A stretch of 64,000 nucleotides of DNA. Origin: a virus. A program made the position numbers and the translations under genes. Below, one piece after another: positions 16,392-24,353 of the stretch. The notes under the pieces were generated by a model that did not search any database, was not told where the DNA came from, and was given only the letters and a program-made list of their open reading frames with translations. The stretch lies in the IMG/VR virus record IMGVR_UViG_2860209820_000001. One strand, given 5' to 3'. Position 1 is the stretch's first letter. Every line of letters begins with the position of its first letter.

Positions 16392-17359
16392 TGGCGCCCC
16401 TCCCGCAAATCGCGACGGTCGCCCCGACGATCGCAGCCATCTACAAGCACTACGAGGCCCGTGAACAGTGGGAGGGGCGCACCCTATCGATCTCCACGCT
16501 GGCGGATCCGTGCCTGCGCAAGCTCTGGTACGACTTCCATTGGGTGTCGCCCGGAGAAGTCCTCACGGGCCAGAAGATCCGGCTGTTTGCCACCGGCAAC
16601 ATCGAGGAAGACCGGTTCATCGAGGAGCTTCGGGCCATCGGCTGCGAGGTCCAGGACAAGGACCCCGCAACCGGCCGTCAGATCACAGTGACCGCCGTCG
16701 GCGGTCACGTGAAGGGCAAGCTCGACGCGGAGGTCTTGGGGCTGCCGGAGGCGCCCAAGACCATCCACGTGGCGGAAATGAAGAGCCACAATGACAAGTC
16801 ATTCCGCAAACTGCTCAAGGAGGGCGTGGCCAAATCGAAGCCCGACCATTTTGGGCAGTTTCAGATGTACATGCATCTGCGGCACCGGGATCGAGCAATC
16901 TATCTCGCGGTCAACAAGAACACGGACGATCTCTACGCAGAGCGCGTCAATTACGACGCGGAATATTGCCTACGGCTGATTGCCAAGGCAGAGCGCATCG
17001 TCCGCGCTGACGAGCCCCTGATGCGGCTCCACGAAGACCCGGACTCCAAGGCGGCCTTCGTCTGCGGCTGGTGCAAGCACAAGCCGCACTGCCACGAGAA
17101 GGCTTGGCCACGGGTGAATTGCCGGACGTGCTTGTACTCGACGGCGGAGATCGTCGGCGATCGGGGCGTCTGGACCTGCGGCCGTTGGGACAAGCCGCTG
17201 ACTCACGAGGAACAGCAGGCCGGCTGTGCGGCGCACCTTTTCATCCCGGCGCTGGTTCCGGGGGAGCAGGTGAACAGCTGTGAGGAAGAAGAGTGGGTCG
17301 AATACCGGCTCGCGGATGGCGAACTGTGGAGGGATGGGGGAATGCGGGATGCTGCCTGA
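16391..17359 (+). CDS. Cas4-like PD-(D/E)XK exonuclease with Cys cluster
   Basis: DPCLRKLWY, GKLDA, VAEMKS, QFQMYM, CGWCKHKPHC, NCRTC. Confidence 0.8.
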   Translation: MAPLPQIATVAPTIAAIYKHYEAREQWEGRTLSISTLADPCLRKLWYDFHWVSPGEVLTGQKIRLFATGNIEEDRFIEELRAIGCEVQDKDPATGRQITVTAVGGHVKGKLDAEVLGLPEAPKTIHVAEMKSHNDKSFRKLLKEGVAKSKPDHFGQFQMYMHLRHRDRAIYLAVNKNTDDLYAERVNYDAEYCLRLIAKAERIVRADEPLMRLHEDPDSKAAFVCGWCKHKPHCHEKAWPRVNCRTCLYSTAEIVGDRGVWTCGRWDKPLTHEEQQAGCAAHLFIPALVPGEQVNSCEEEEWVEYRLADGELWRDGGMRDAA

Positions 17360-17693
17360 CATCAACGACGCTCGAATTCCCGACCGAATCCGCGAGCGGA
17401 TCCAGTGCCACGGCTGCTGGAACTGGACCGGGAGTGACAGCGGATCGGGCAGGGGAGGTGGATACGGCCGGGTGAGCTATCGCGGCGCGACCGTGGGTGT
17501 CCACCTCCTCATGTGGCGGTTGCTTGGCGGCCGTCGGCTACGGCCGGGCGAGCAACTGGACCACGAATGCAACAACCGCAGGTGCTGCAACCCGCTGCAC
17601 CTGCGACCGCGGACACAGGCCGTGAACCTGCGCTTGGCGCATAAGCGGCGGGTGGCCGCGAACGACAACGGCGGGAGGGCGGCATGCGCATAG
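17349..17693 (+). CDS. HNH endonuclease (HNH_3)
   Basis: CWNWTG, GYGR, LDHECNNRRCCNPLHL...VN. Confidence 0.85.
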   Translation: MLPDINDARIPDRIRERIQCHGCWNWTGSDSGSGRGGGYGRVSYRGATVGVHLLMWRLLGGRRLRPGEQLDHECNNRRCCNPLHLRPRTQAVNLRLAHKRRVAANDNGGRAACA

Positions 17694-18043
17694 TCACCGA
17701 GAGCGAATTTGCGGAGCGTTTGCGCCGTGTGCTCACCGCTCTGCCGGCGGTGGGGTCGGTGACAGGGCCGGGACGCTCCGGGGCTGTCGCGGCGGTCTAT
17801 GCCAGCCATCAACTGCACATCCCGTTCATTCCCTACGGCGCGACCGCGCCGGTGCATCTCGGTCGCATCCTGATCATCGATACGGCACGGGAAAGTGGCT
17901 CCACGCTTCGAAAAGCTGCGCGCCGGTACGAGGCCGCTAACCCGGTCGTCGTGGCCTGCTTCGAGGAGCCGCCACGGGTGGCGTTCTGGTACGAGGCGCC
18001 GAAGCCGCAGCGCTACCGGCATGAGTTGAAGGCGGCGGCATGA
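17684..18043 (+). CDS. type I phosphoribosyltransferase-like protein
   Basis: VTGPGRSGAVAAVYASHQLHIP and RILIIDTARESGSTL resemble the PRTase fold and PRPP loop. Confidence 0.55.
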   Translation: MRIVTESEFAERLRRVLTALPAVGSVTGPGRSGAVAAVYASHQLHIPFIPYGATAPVHLGRILIIDTARESGSTLRKAARRYEAANPVVVACFEEPPRVAFWYEAPKPQRYRHELKAAA

Positions 18044-19638
18044 CTCTCTCGTTGCGCCCGTATCAACAGGAGGCAATTGAAGCCCTCTTCGACTATTGGG
18101 CGTCCGAGCCCGGTAATCCGCTGATCGATCTGGCGACGGGGACGGGGAAAAGTCTGGTCATGGCCACGACGATTCAGCGGCTGCTCGACGGCTGGCCGGA
18201 CATGCGGATCGTGATCGCAACTCATGTGGCGGAACTCATTGAACAGGACTTCAAGGAGCTCACGGGCCTTTGGCCATGGGCGCCGGCGGGCATCCTGTCT
18301 GCGGGCCTCGGGCAGCGCAACACCTACGCTCAAATCCTGTTCGCTGGCATCCAGACGGCGCACAGCAAGGTCGATAAAATCGGCCACGTCGACGTGCTGA
18401 TGGTGGATGAAGCGCACCTCATCCCGCCAAAGGCCAACACCATGTATGGCCGGTTCATTGAGGCGCTGCGCAAGATCAACCCGGACCTCAAGATCGTGGG
18501 GCTGACCGCCACGCCGTTCCGGCTTGGCAGTGGCCGGTTAGACGAAGGCGATGACCGCTTGTTCGACAAGGTCGTCTACACCTACGGCATCGCAGACGGC
18601 ATCCGCGACGGCTACCTGTCGCCTCTGGTCAGCAAGGGGATGACGACCGAGTTCGATCTGTCAGGCGTCGCGAAGAAAGGGGGTGACTATGTTCCGGGCG
18701 CTCTGCAAGACGCGGTCGATCAAGATGAGGTCACTCGCGCGGCTGTTGACGAGATCATTGGCTATGGTCGGGACCGGCGGTCATGGATGGCGTTCTGTTC
18801 TGGAGTTAAGCACGCGCATCATGTTCGAGACGAGATTAGGTCGCGGGGATTTTCGTCAGAGGTGGTCACCGGCGAGACGCCGGCTCCGGAGCGGCGCCGC
18901 ATCATCGAAGACTTCAAGGCGGGTCGCATAAGGTGCCTGACCAACAACAGCGTGCTGACGACGGGCTTTAACGCGCCCGGCGTGGATCTGATCGCGGCCC
19001 TGCGGCCGACGCTCTCACCGAGCCTTTACGTCCAGGCTGTTGGAAGGGGAACACGCCTAGCGCCAGGCAAGGCGAACTGCCTCGTGCTGGACTTCGCGGG
19101 GTGGGTCAGGACGCACGGGCCTGTTGATGACGTTCGCGCCCGAAAGCCCGGCAAAGGGCAAGGCGAGGCGCCGGTAAAGGTCTGTCCCGAGTGCTTCAGC
19201 CTTGTGCACGCATCGGCGCGCGTCTGTGCTGACTGCGGCAATGAGTTTGAGTTCGAGGAAAAGCCAAAACACAAGGCGACCGCGGACAGCGCCCCCATCC
19301 TCTCGACGGCCGAGCCCGAATGGCTCCCCGTCACCGGCCGTCGCTTTCGCTACCACGACAAGCCCGGCGGGACGGACAGTGTGCGGATCGATTTCGACTG
19401 CGGACTGACGGTGCACAAGATGTGGGTATGCCCGGAGCACAAGGGGTTCGCCAAGCAGAAGGCTGGCCGCTTCTGGGCGCAGCACGGCGGAGCGATGCCC
19501 GCGCCCAAGGGCGTCCAGGAGTGGCTGGACCGAGAAGGGGAATTGCGGATGACAGCGGAAATCAGCGTTGAGCCGGACGGCCGCTTTTACAAGGTGAAAA
19601 GCTACAGGCCGGTCGTGGAGATGAGGGAGGCGGCGTGA
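18040..19638 (+). CDS. SF2 DEAD/DEAH-box helicase (RadD/YejH-like) with C-terminal zinc ribbon
   Basis: ATGTGKS, VDEAH, GLTATPFR, LTTGFNAP, QAVGRGTR, CPEC...CADC. Confidence 0.9.
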   Translation: MTLSLRPYQQEAIEALFDYWASEPGNPLIDLATGTGKSLVMATTIQRLLDGWPDMRIVIATHVAELIEQDFKELTGLWPWAPAGILSAGLGQRNTYAQILFAGIQTAHSKVDKIGHVDVLMVDEAHLIPPKANTMYGRFIEALRKINPDLKIVGLTATPFRLGSGRLDEGDDRLFDKVVYTYGIADGIRDGYLSPLVSKGMTTEFDLSGVAKKGGDYVPGALQDAVDQDEVTRAAVDEIIGYGRDRRSWMAFCSGVKHAHHVRDEIRSRGFSSEVVTGETPAPERRRIIEDFKAGRIRCLTNNSVLTTGFNAPGVDLIAALRPTLSPSLYVQAVGRGTRLAPGKANCLVLDFAGWVRTHGPVDDVRARKPGKGQGEAPVKVCPECFSLVHASARVCADCGNEFEFEEKPKHKATADSAPILSTAEPEWLPVTGRRFRYHDKPGGTDSVRIDFDCGLTVHKMWVCPEHKGFAKQKAGRFWAQHGGAMPAPKGVQEWLDREGELRMTAEISVEPDGRFYKVKSYRPVVEMREAA

Positions 19639-19964
19639 TGAATGCTGCGGAAACATGGGCGGTCGAGGCGGCCGCAAGGAACGCGCAGGCAGTTGCGCGG
19701 TGGAGCCCACCGCCGCAACCAGTGGGGCGGCAGATCGGCTATGAGGTCGAGGGGGTAGAGGGGCGCCGACATTTCAACACGACGTTCTTGAACGGCGCCA
19801 GCTTCTGGTTGGCGGAGGAGGCCGCCAAGGACGCCTTCGATAATGGCGACGGCAGGGAGTGGCTGTGGCCGGTTACTATCGAGATCTTCGACGGCGATAC
19901 GTCGCTTGGCCGTTGGGCTGTCCATCTTGACCACATTCCCAGTTTCACTGCGTGCCCGGAGTGA
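19635..19964 (+). CDS. hypothetical protein
   Basis: Coupled ORF. Confidence 0.5.
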   Translation: MMNAAETWAVEAAARNAQAVARWSPPPQPVGRQIGYEVEGVEGRRHFNTTFLNGASFWLAEEAAKDAFDNGDGREWLWPVTIEIFDGDTSLGRWAVHLDHIPSFTACPE

Positions 19965-19969
19965 AGGCG

Positions 19970-20101
19970 ATGCGCGTCAAGCACCGACTGGATGGAGGAA
20001 GAGGCCGGCTTATCAGAACCGATGGGCGAATTGCGCTTGTGCGGTGGGATTGCCACCGGACCCCGCTGCTTTGCTACCTGCACGATTTGGAGGCCCAATG
20101 A
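19970..20101 (+). CDS. small hypothetical protein
   Basis: Manual translation MRVKHRLDGGRGRLIRTDGRIALVRWDCHRTPLLCYLHDLEAQ; ATGA overlap with the next ORF. Confidence 0.4.
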   Translation: MRVKHRLDGGRGRLIRTDGRIALVRWDCHRTPLLCYLHDLEAQ

Positions 20102-20223
20102 CCAACCAACTCGACAGGCTTGCCCGGTCAGCCCGCATCCTGCTCTGGATGCAGGTCATTTGGACCGCGGTGTTCTATGCGCTTCTCATTGGCGGCGTGA
20201 TCGCACTGGTGGTGGCGTCGTGA
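20098..20223 (+). CDS. small membrane protein
   Basis: Single TM after GGAGG RBS. Confidence 0.45.
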   Translation: MTNQLDRLARSARILLWMQVIWTAVFYALLIGGVIALVVAS

Positions 20224-20849
20224 CCGTCTGCGGCGTCGGAACACACACCCATGCGGCGCGCGGCGATGACTTCTACGCCACGCCACGCGAGGCGGTAGAA
20301 GCATTACTGGCGATCGAGTCCAAATGGCTGCCGCAGGGTACAATTTGGGAGCCTGCCTGCGGAGACGGGGCGATCGTCAATGTGCTGCGAGCCAAAGGAC
20401 ACACTGTCGTCGCCACGGATTTGGTCGATCGTGGCTGCCCCGACAGCGTAGGTGGGTTGGATTTCGTGAGGGACGGTCGCTATCCCGGCCAGGGGGTAAC
20501 CCAAGCGATCGTCACCAACCCGCCGTTCAAGCTGGCGCGCGAGTTCGTAGAGCGTGCTCTCCACGAATGCGGGTATGTCGCGATGCTGCTGCGGTTGGCC
20601 TTCCTTGAGGGCACAGCCCGCAGACCGTGGTTTGAAATGCGGCCTCTTGCCCGCGTCCATGTCGCCAGCCGCCGGCTTCCCATGATGCACCGGCACGGCT
20701 GGGACGGGCCGAAGGCAAGCTCCGCTGTGTGCCACGCGTGGTTCATCTGGGACCGCAGGCATGAAGGCCGCCCCGTCATCCAGTGGTTCGACTGGAAGGA
20801 CTATGCGGCGGCGAATGATAACAAGAGTTCGGAGCGGCTATGCGCGTAG
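20220..20849 (+). CDS. SAM-dependent DNA amino-methyltransferase-like protein
   Basis: DFYATP, IWEPACGDG, IVTNPPF motifs. Confidence 0.8.
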   Translation: MTVCGVGTHTHAARGDDFYATPREAVEALLAIESKWLPQGTIWEPACGDGAIVNVLRAKGHTVVATDLVDRGCPDSVGGLDFVRDGRYPGQGVTQAIVTNPPFKLAREFVERALHECGYVAMLLRLAFLEGTARRPWFEMRPLARVHVASRRLPMMHRHGWDGPKASSAVCHAWFIWDRRHEGRPVIQWFDWKDYAAANDNKSSERLCA

Positions 20850-21555
20850 AGACAGTTGGCCTTGCGACACTGTATTGCGGTGATTGCAGAGAGGTGCAGC
20901 ATGCAATTGGGGGGGCATCGAGTCTATGGTCTCTGATCCGCCTTATGGCATGGCCTTTCAATCAAACCACCGCATAGAAAAGCATAGCGCGATCGCAAAC
21001 GACGACTGCGCCGAGCTCCTCGTTTGGGCTTGCGAGCTTCCCGCAACGCATTCCAAATACATCTTTTGTAGATGGGATAATCTTAGGGAGGTACCAAAGC
21101 CAAAGAGTCTAGTAACGTGGGTGAAAAACAACTGGTCCATGGGTGATCTGAAGCACGAGCACGCAAGGCAGACTGAAGTTGCGCTGTTCTACCCTGGCCC
21201 GGATCATTTTTTCCCGGCCGGAAGACCAACAGATGTTGTTGATGCACGCCGAACCGGTAATGGAAATCATCCGACCGAAAAGCCGATACCCCTCATGATG
21301 ACGGTAGTCGGCTGGACGTCCGGAACAGTCTTCGACCCCTTCATGGGCTCTGGAACGACTGGAGTAGCGTGCGCGAGGATGGGGCGTCCTTTCATAGGCG
21401 TTGAGATCGACGAGGGATATTTCGAGATAGCCTGCGATCGCATCGCGAAGGCGTATTCCCAAGCCGACCTTTTCGCTGCGCGTGAGGCGCCTTCGAAGTT
21501 CGAGCAGGCGCCACTCTTCGCCAACGACAACACCACCATCCCAAGAGCCGCATGA
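20840..21555 (+). pseudogene. N4/N6 DNA methyltransferase interrupted by a frameshift at a G7 tract (20909-20915)
   Basis: ATG 20840 frame reads MRVETVGLATLYCGDCREVQHAIGG then stops; SDPPYG, HPTEKP and FDPFMGSGTTG are in the -1 frame. Confidence 0.75.
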
Positions 21556-21854
21556 CCCGCGAACCACTACCAAACCGCAGACAGCACGAGGTGATCGAGT
21601 TCACCCATGACTTCCACATCTACACCGCCGGCATTGGCCGCTATCACGACGGCCGTGTCGCCGAGGTGTTCATCGACTCCGGCAAGACGGGGACAGGCAT
21701 GCAGATCAACGGGCGGGATGCCGCCATCGCAATCAGCATAGGGCTGCAGTACGGCGCGCCCATCGACGACATCCGCGAGGCGCTAACGCGCCGTGGCGAC
21801 GGGACAGCGGAAGGGCCTTTGGGCGCGCTGCTGGATATTCTGGAGGGGGAGTGA
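21552..21854 (+). CDS. TSCPD-like / class II ribonucleotide reductase C-terminal domain protein
   Basis: REPLPNRR, GRVAEVFI, AIAISIGLQYGAP. Confidence 0.65.
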   Translation: MTREPLPNRRQHEVIEFTHDFHIYTAGIGRYHDGRVAEVFIDSGKTGTGMQINGRDAAIAISIGLQYGAPIDDIREALTRRGDGTAEGPLGALLDILEGE

Positions 21855-22046
21855 ATGAAGCGACTTGGAATGTTTTTCTTGGGGCTGGCCGTGGTTCCGG
21901 TCGGGGTCGCCCTTCTCGTATCCGTTGGATACGGCGCCGCCTGGTGCGCGATGTTTTTGGGCGTGCCTGCCGCGGTCGCAGCCTACATCGGCGCGCTGAT
22001 CGCGATTCCATCCGTGGCCCTTGCTGTCTCAGCTGCGGCTTATTGA
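21855..22046 (+). CDS. small membrane protein
   Basis: Two TM segments. Confidence 0.55.
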   Translation: MKRLGMFFLGLAVVPVGVALLVSVGYGAAWCAMFLGVPAAVAAYIGALIAIPSVALAVSAAAY

Positions 22047-22056
22047 GGGGGTGAAC

Positions 22057-22311
22057 ATGAAAGACGTGAAGAACTTCTGGCTTGGCGCTGGAGTCGGTCT
22101 GGCGGCTTTCGCGGCCTTGGCGACGGTCATCGGGGCGCTCACCTTCGCCCTCGAGGCGCTCAAGCCAATCATCGGAATGGGCGCCGCGCTGGCCGCATTG
22201 TATGCCCTGGTACTCGCGATCGGTTTCGGCTTTGTCGGTGTCGCCGTTGGCCGGAGCACGTGCAAGCCAGCCTCCGACACAGCCGCCCAGCTCCATGTTG
22301 AGGGGCGCTGA
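22057..22311 (+). CDS. small membrane protein
   Basis: Two TM segments, similar layout to the preceding gene. Confidence 0.55.
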   Translation: MKDVKNFWLGAGVGLAAFAALATVIGALTFALEALKPIIGMGAALAALYALVLAIGFGFVGVAVGRSTCKPASDTAAQLHVEGR

Positions 22312-22580
22312 TGCCAAGCGTCGTGCTCCATAAAGACGGTGGGCTTCTCCGCCTTGTATGGAGCGACACGCGCGCCGTCGTTTACACCGTCCCGCGCCAC
22401 GTGCGCTTACCAAGCCGCGATGCCGTGCGATGGCTCGCCGACCACTGGACGCAGAACCCCGACCGCATCGGCAACGTCGAAGACATCATGGCGGTCGAGC
22501 GCCAGTGCCAGAACCTGCGAGCCAGAGAGCGGAAGTATCGGCAGGTGAAGGCACTAAGCGATTGGCGGGCCGGCCGCTAG
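22311..22580 (+). CDS. hypothetical protein
   Basis: Coupled ORF. Confidence 0.5.
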   Translation: MPSVVLHKDGGLLRLVWSDTRAVVYTVPRHVRLPSRDAVRWLADHWTQNPDRIGNVEDIMAVERQCQNLRARERKYRQVKALSDWRAGR

Positions 22581-22987
22581 GCACGGGCAATTTCCGCGAT
22601 TGCCGCCCGTGCCAGAAAGCCACTGCGGGTGTCCTTCGTGCGCCGGGCGGCTTCGTCAACCGCAGCAAGCGTGCCTTCGTCCAATGTAATCTGGACGCGC
22701 ACAGCGCGCCCGCGACGGGCGACGAGGGGCACGCCCACCAAGATCGCGCCGGCTGCCAGAAGGTCTTTTACGTCGGCGTCCTTGACGATATCGGCTGCGT
22801 CGCGGGGAGCGGGAACCGTGACACCGTTTTCAACGGCAACTTCCACCCAGTCGCGCAAGGCTTCACGCGCGGCGTCGATGGCTTCGTCCAGGGTATCGGC
22901 CATTGCAGTGGCGCCGGGGAGATCGGGGAACGAGGCTCCGAAGGCGCCGTCTTCTGAACGGTCAATGATGGCGGTGTAATATGACAT
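22577..22987 (-). CDS. hicB: HicB family antitoxin
   Basis: FGASFPDLPGATAMADTLDEAIDAAREAL; C-terminal RHH VQITLDEGTLAAVD...TRSGFL. Confidence 0.9.
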   Translation of the reverse strand: MSYYTAIIDRSEDGAFGASFPDLPGATAMADTLDEAIDAAREALRDWVEVAVENGVTVPAPRDAADIVKDADVKDLLAAGAILVGVPLVARRGRAVRVQITLDEGTLAAVDEAARRTKDTRSGFLARAAIAEIARA

Positions 22988-23015
22988 CTTCTCAGATCCT
23001 TGTGTTAGCCACCCC

Positions 23016-23216
23016 TTATCGGGGTGGCCACTTCCAGCCGGCGGCTTTAGCGATCGAAATCATGACACCGGATGAGACCATCTTCCTGCCATGAGGAACG
23101 CGGGCGATACGCTTGAGGACCGGGTGCCAGTAGGTGATGTGCTTTTCTGACCGTGACACCACCCAACCCTCCCTTTCCAGCTGCGCCCTGATCTCTGAAG
23201 CCTTCATCGTGTTCAT
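23016..23216 (-). CDS. hicA: HicA family toxin
   Basis: LEREGWVV...HITYWHP...VPHG...VMISIAKAAGW; directly upstream of hicB. Confidence 0.85.
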   Translation of the reverse strand: MNTMKASEIRAQLEREGWVVSRSEKHITYWHPVLKRIARVPHGRKMVSSGVMISIAKAAGWKWPPR

Positions 23217-23235
23217 GTCGTCGCTCCCCGTTGAT

Positions 23236-23299
23236 GTGTATAGTTATACACCATGAGAGCGGCGCGTCAACCGATTATGTGTATCTTGATACACATAAT
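23236..23299. promoter_or_regulatory. two GTGTAT-N4-ATACAC palindromes (likely HicB operators)
   Basis: gtgtat-agtt-atacac 23236-23251; attatgtgtat-cttg-atacacataat 23274-23299. Confidence 0.65.
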
Positions 23300-23313
23300 T
23301 TGACGGGACGACA

Positions 23314-23649
23314 ATGGCAATTCCACCAATGGAAGAACCGGCCGACTGCTGGCTGTGCCACCGGCACGCCGAGGGGCTGGGCATAGGCACGGCACGGGAG
23401 CCCAAGTGGCTCTGTAAGGAGTGCTCCGTCATGGCCGACGGTATACGCAGCGCGCGCCGTTTGGACGCCTTCGAGGTATTGGCGCTCACGGACGCGGGCG
23501 CGGACGGCGGGGCGTATTTGGACGGTTTGGGGAAAACCGACTTGGCCGAACTCACCGAGCATGAATACCGCGAGTTCGTGCGGAAGGTCGTCTTGGGGTT
23601 CGGCGCAAGTCTACGGCAGCAGATACGCGAAAAGAGGGCGCCATTTTGA
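23314..23649 (+). CDS. zinc-binding hypothetical protein (DUF6511-like)
   Basis: CWLCHR...WLCKEC, GGAYLDGLGKTDLAELTEHEY. Confidence 0.6.
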   Translation: MAIPPMEEPADCWLCHRHAEGLGIGTAREPKWLCKECSVMADGIRSARRLDAFEVLALTDAGADGGAYLDGLGKTDLAELTEHEYREFVRKVVLGFGASLRQQIREKRAPF

Positions 23650-24041
23650 GTATAGCTACAGTCCAGCGCCAAGCCAGCGCAGCGGAAATGGCCGCTGAGA
23701 TCGACCGACGCGGCGCGGTTATCGATAGCCTGGAGGCGGAGATCGAGCGTCTCCGCGATCTTTTCCGCATGGATGGCGAGCAACATGCGGCGCACATAAA
23801 GGATCTCACCGAACGCCATGAGGCCCGCATAACGAAGTATGCGGAGGCTGTGCAGGCACATCGCGACGCAACTGAACGTGCCTACGGGGCTGGCTTTCGA
23901 GACGCGAAGGCCATGGCCGCAAGCGTGGTCCGCCAGTGGTCGCTTCCGACGATCCAAACACCGTCTATGTGGCTGATCGATAAGGCCGGTATCGAGGCGG
24001 ACATTCTGGCTATCGAACTTCCTGCGAGGAATGGGGAATGA
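23646..24041 (+). CDS. coiled-coil hypothetical protein
   Basis: 131 aa ORF; start uncertain. Confidence 0.5.
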   Translation: MSIATVQRQASAAEMAAEIDRRGAVIDSLEAEIERLRDLFRMDGEQHAAHIKDLTERHEARITKYAEAVQAHRDATERAYGAGFRDAKAMAASVVRQWSLPTIQTPSMWLIDKAGIEADILAIELPARNGE

Positions 24042-24331
24042 GTATCACACCAGACGACCCGCGTCTCGTCTATATGCCGGAGGCCGAAGTCCTCACCGCC
24101 AATGGCATAGTTCAGGTGCTCCGGAACCGTTGGTTCAGCGTGCACCCCGAACGCGGCCTGATGTTCTGGCAGCCCGAGAAACGTCGTGCGGGCCGGCTAA
24201 CCGGCGCCTCTCCACAGTGCAACGGTACAGAGTCCATCGCCCGCGATTTGGCAAAGCGCATGTATCCGTGGGCTGAGACTCGGTTTTTTCCTCTCGTCCT
24301 CTTGCCGATCGAAATAAGGGATTACGCATGA
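24038..24331 (+). CDS. hypothetical protein
   Basis: Coupled ORF. Confidence 0.55.
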   Translation: MSITPDDPRLVYMPEAEVLTANGIVQVLRNRWFSVHPERGLMFWQPEKRRAGRLTGASPQCNGTESIARDLAKRMYPWAETRFFPLVLLPIEIRDYA

Positions 24332-24353
24332 CGCTCGCCGGATACCCTCTCCA

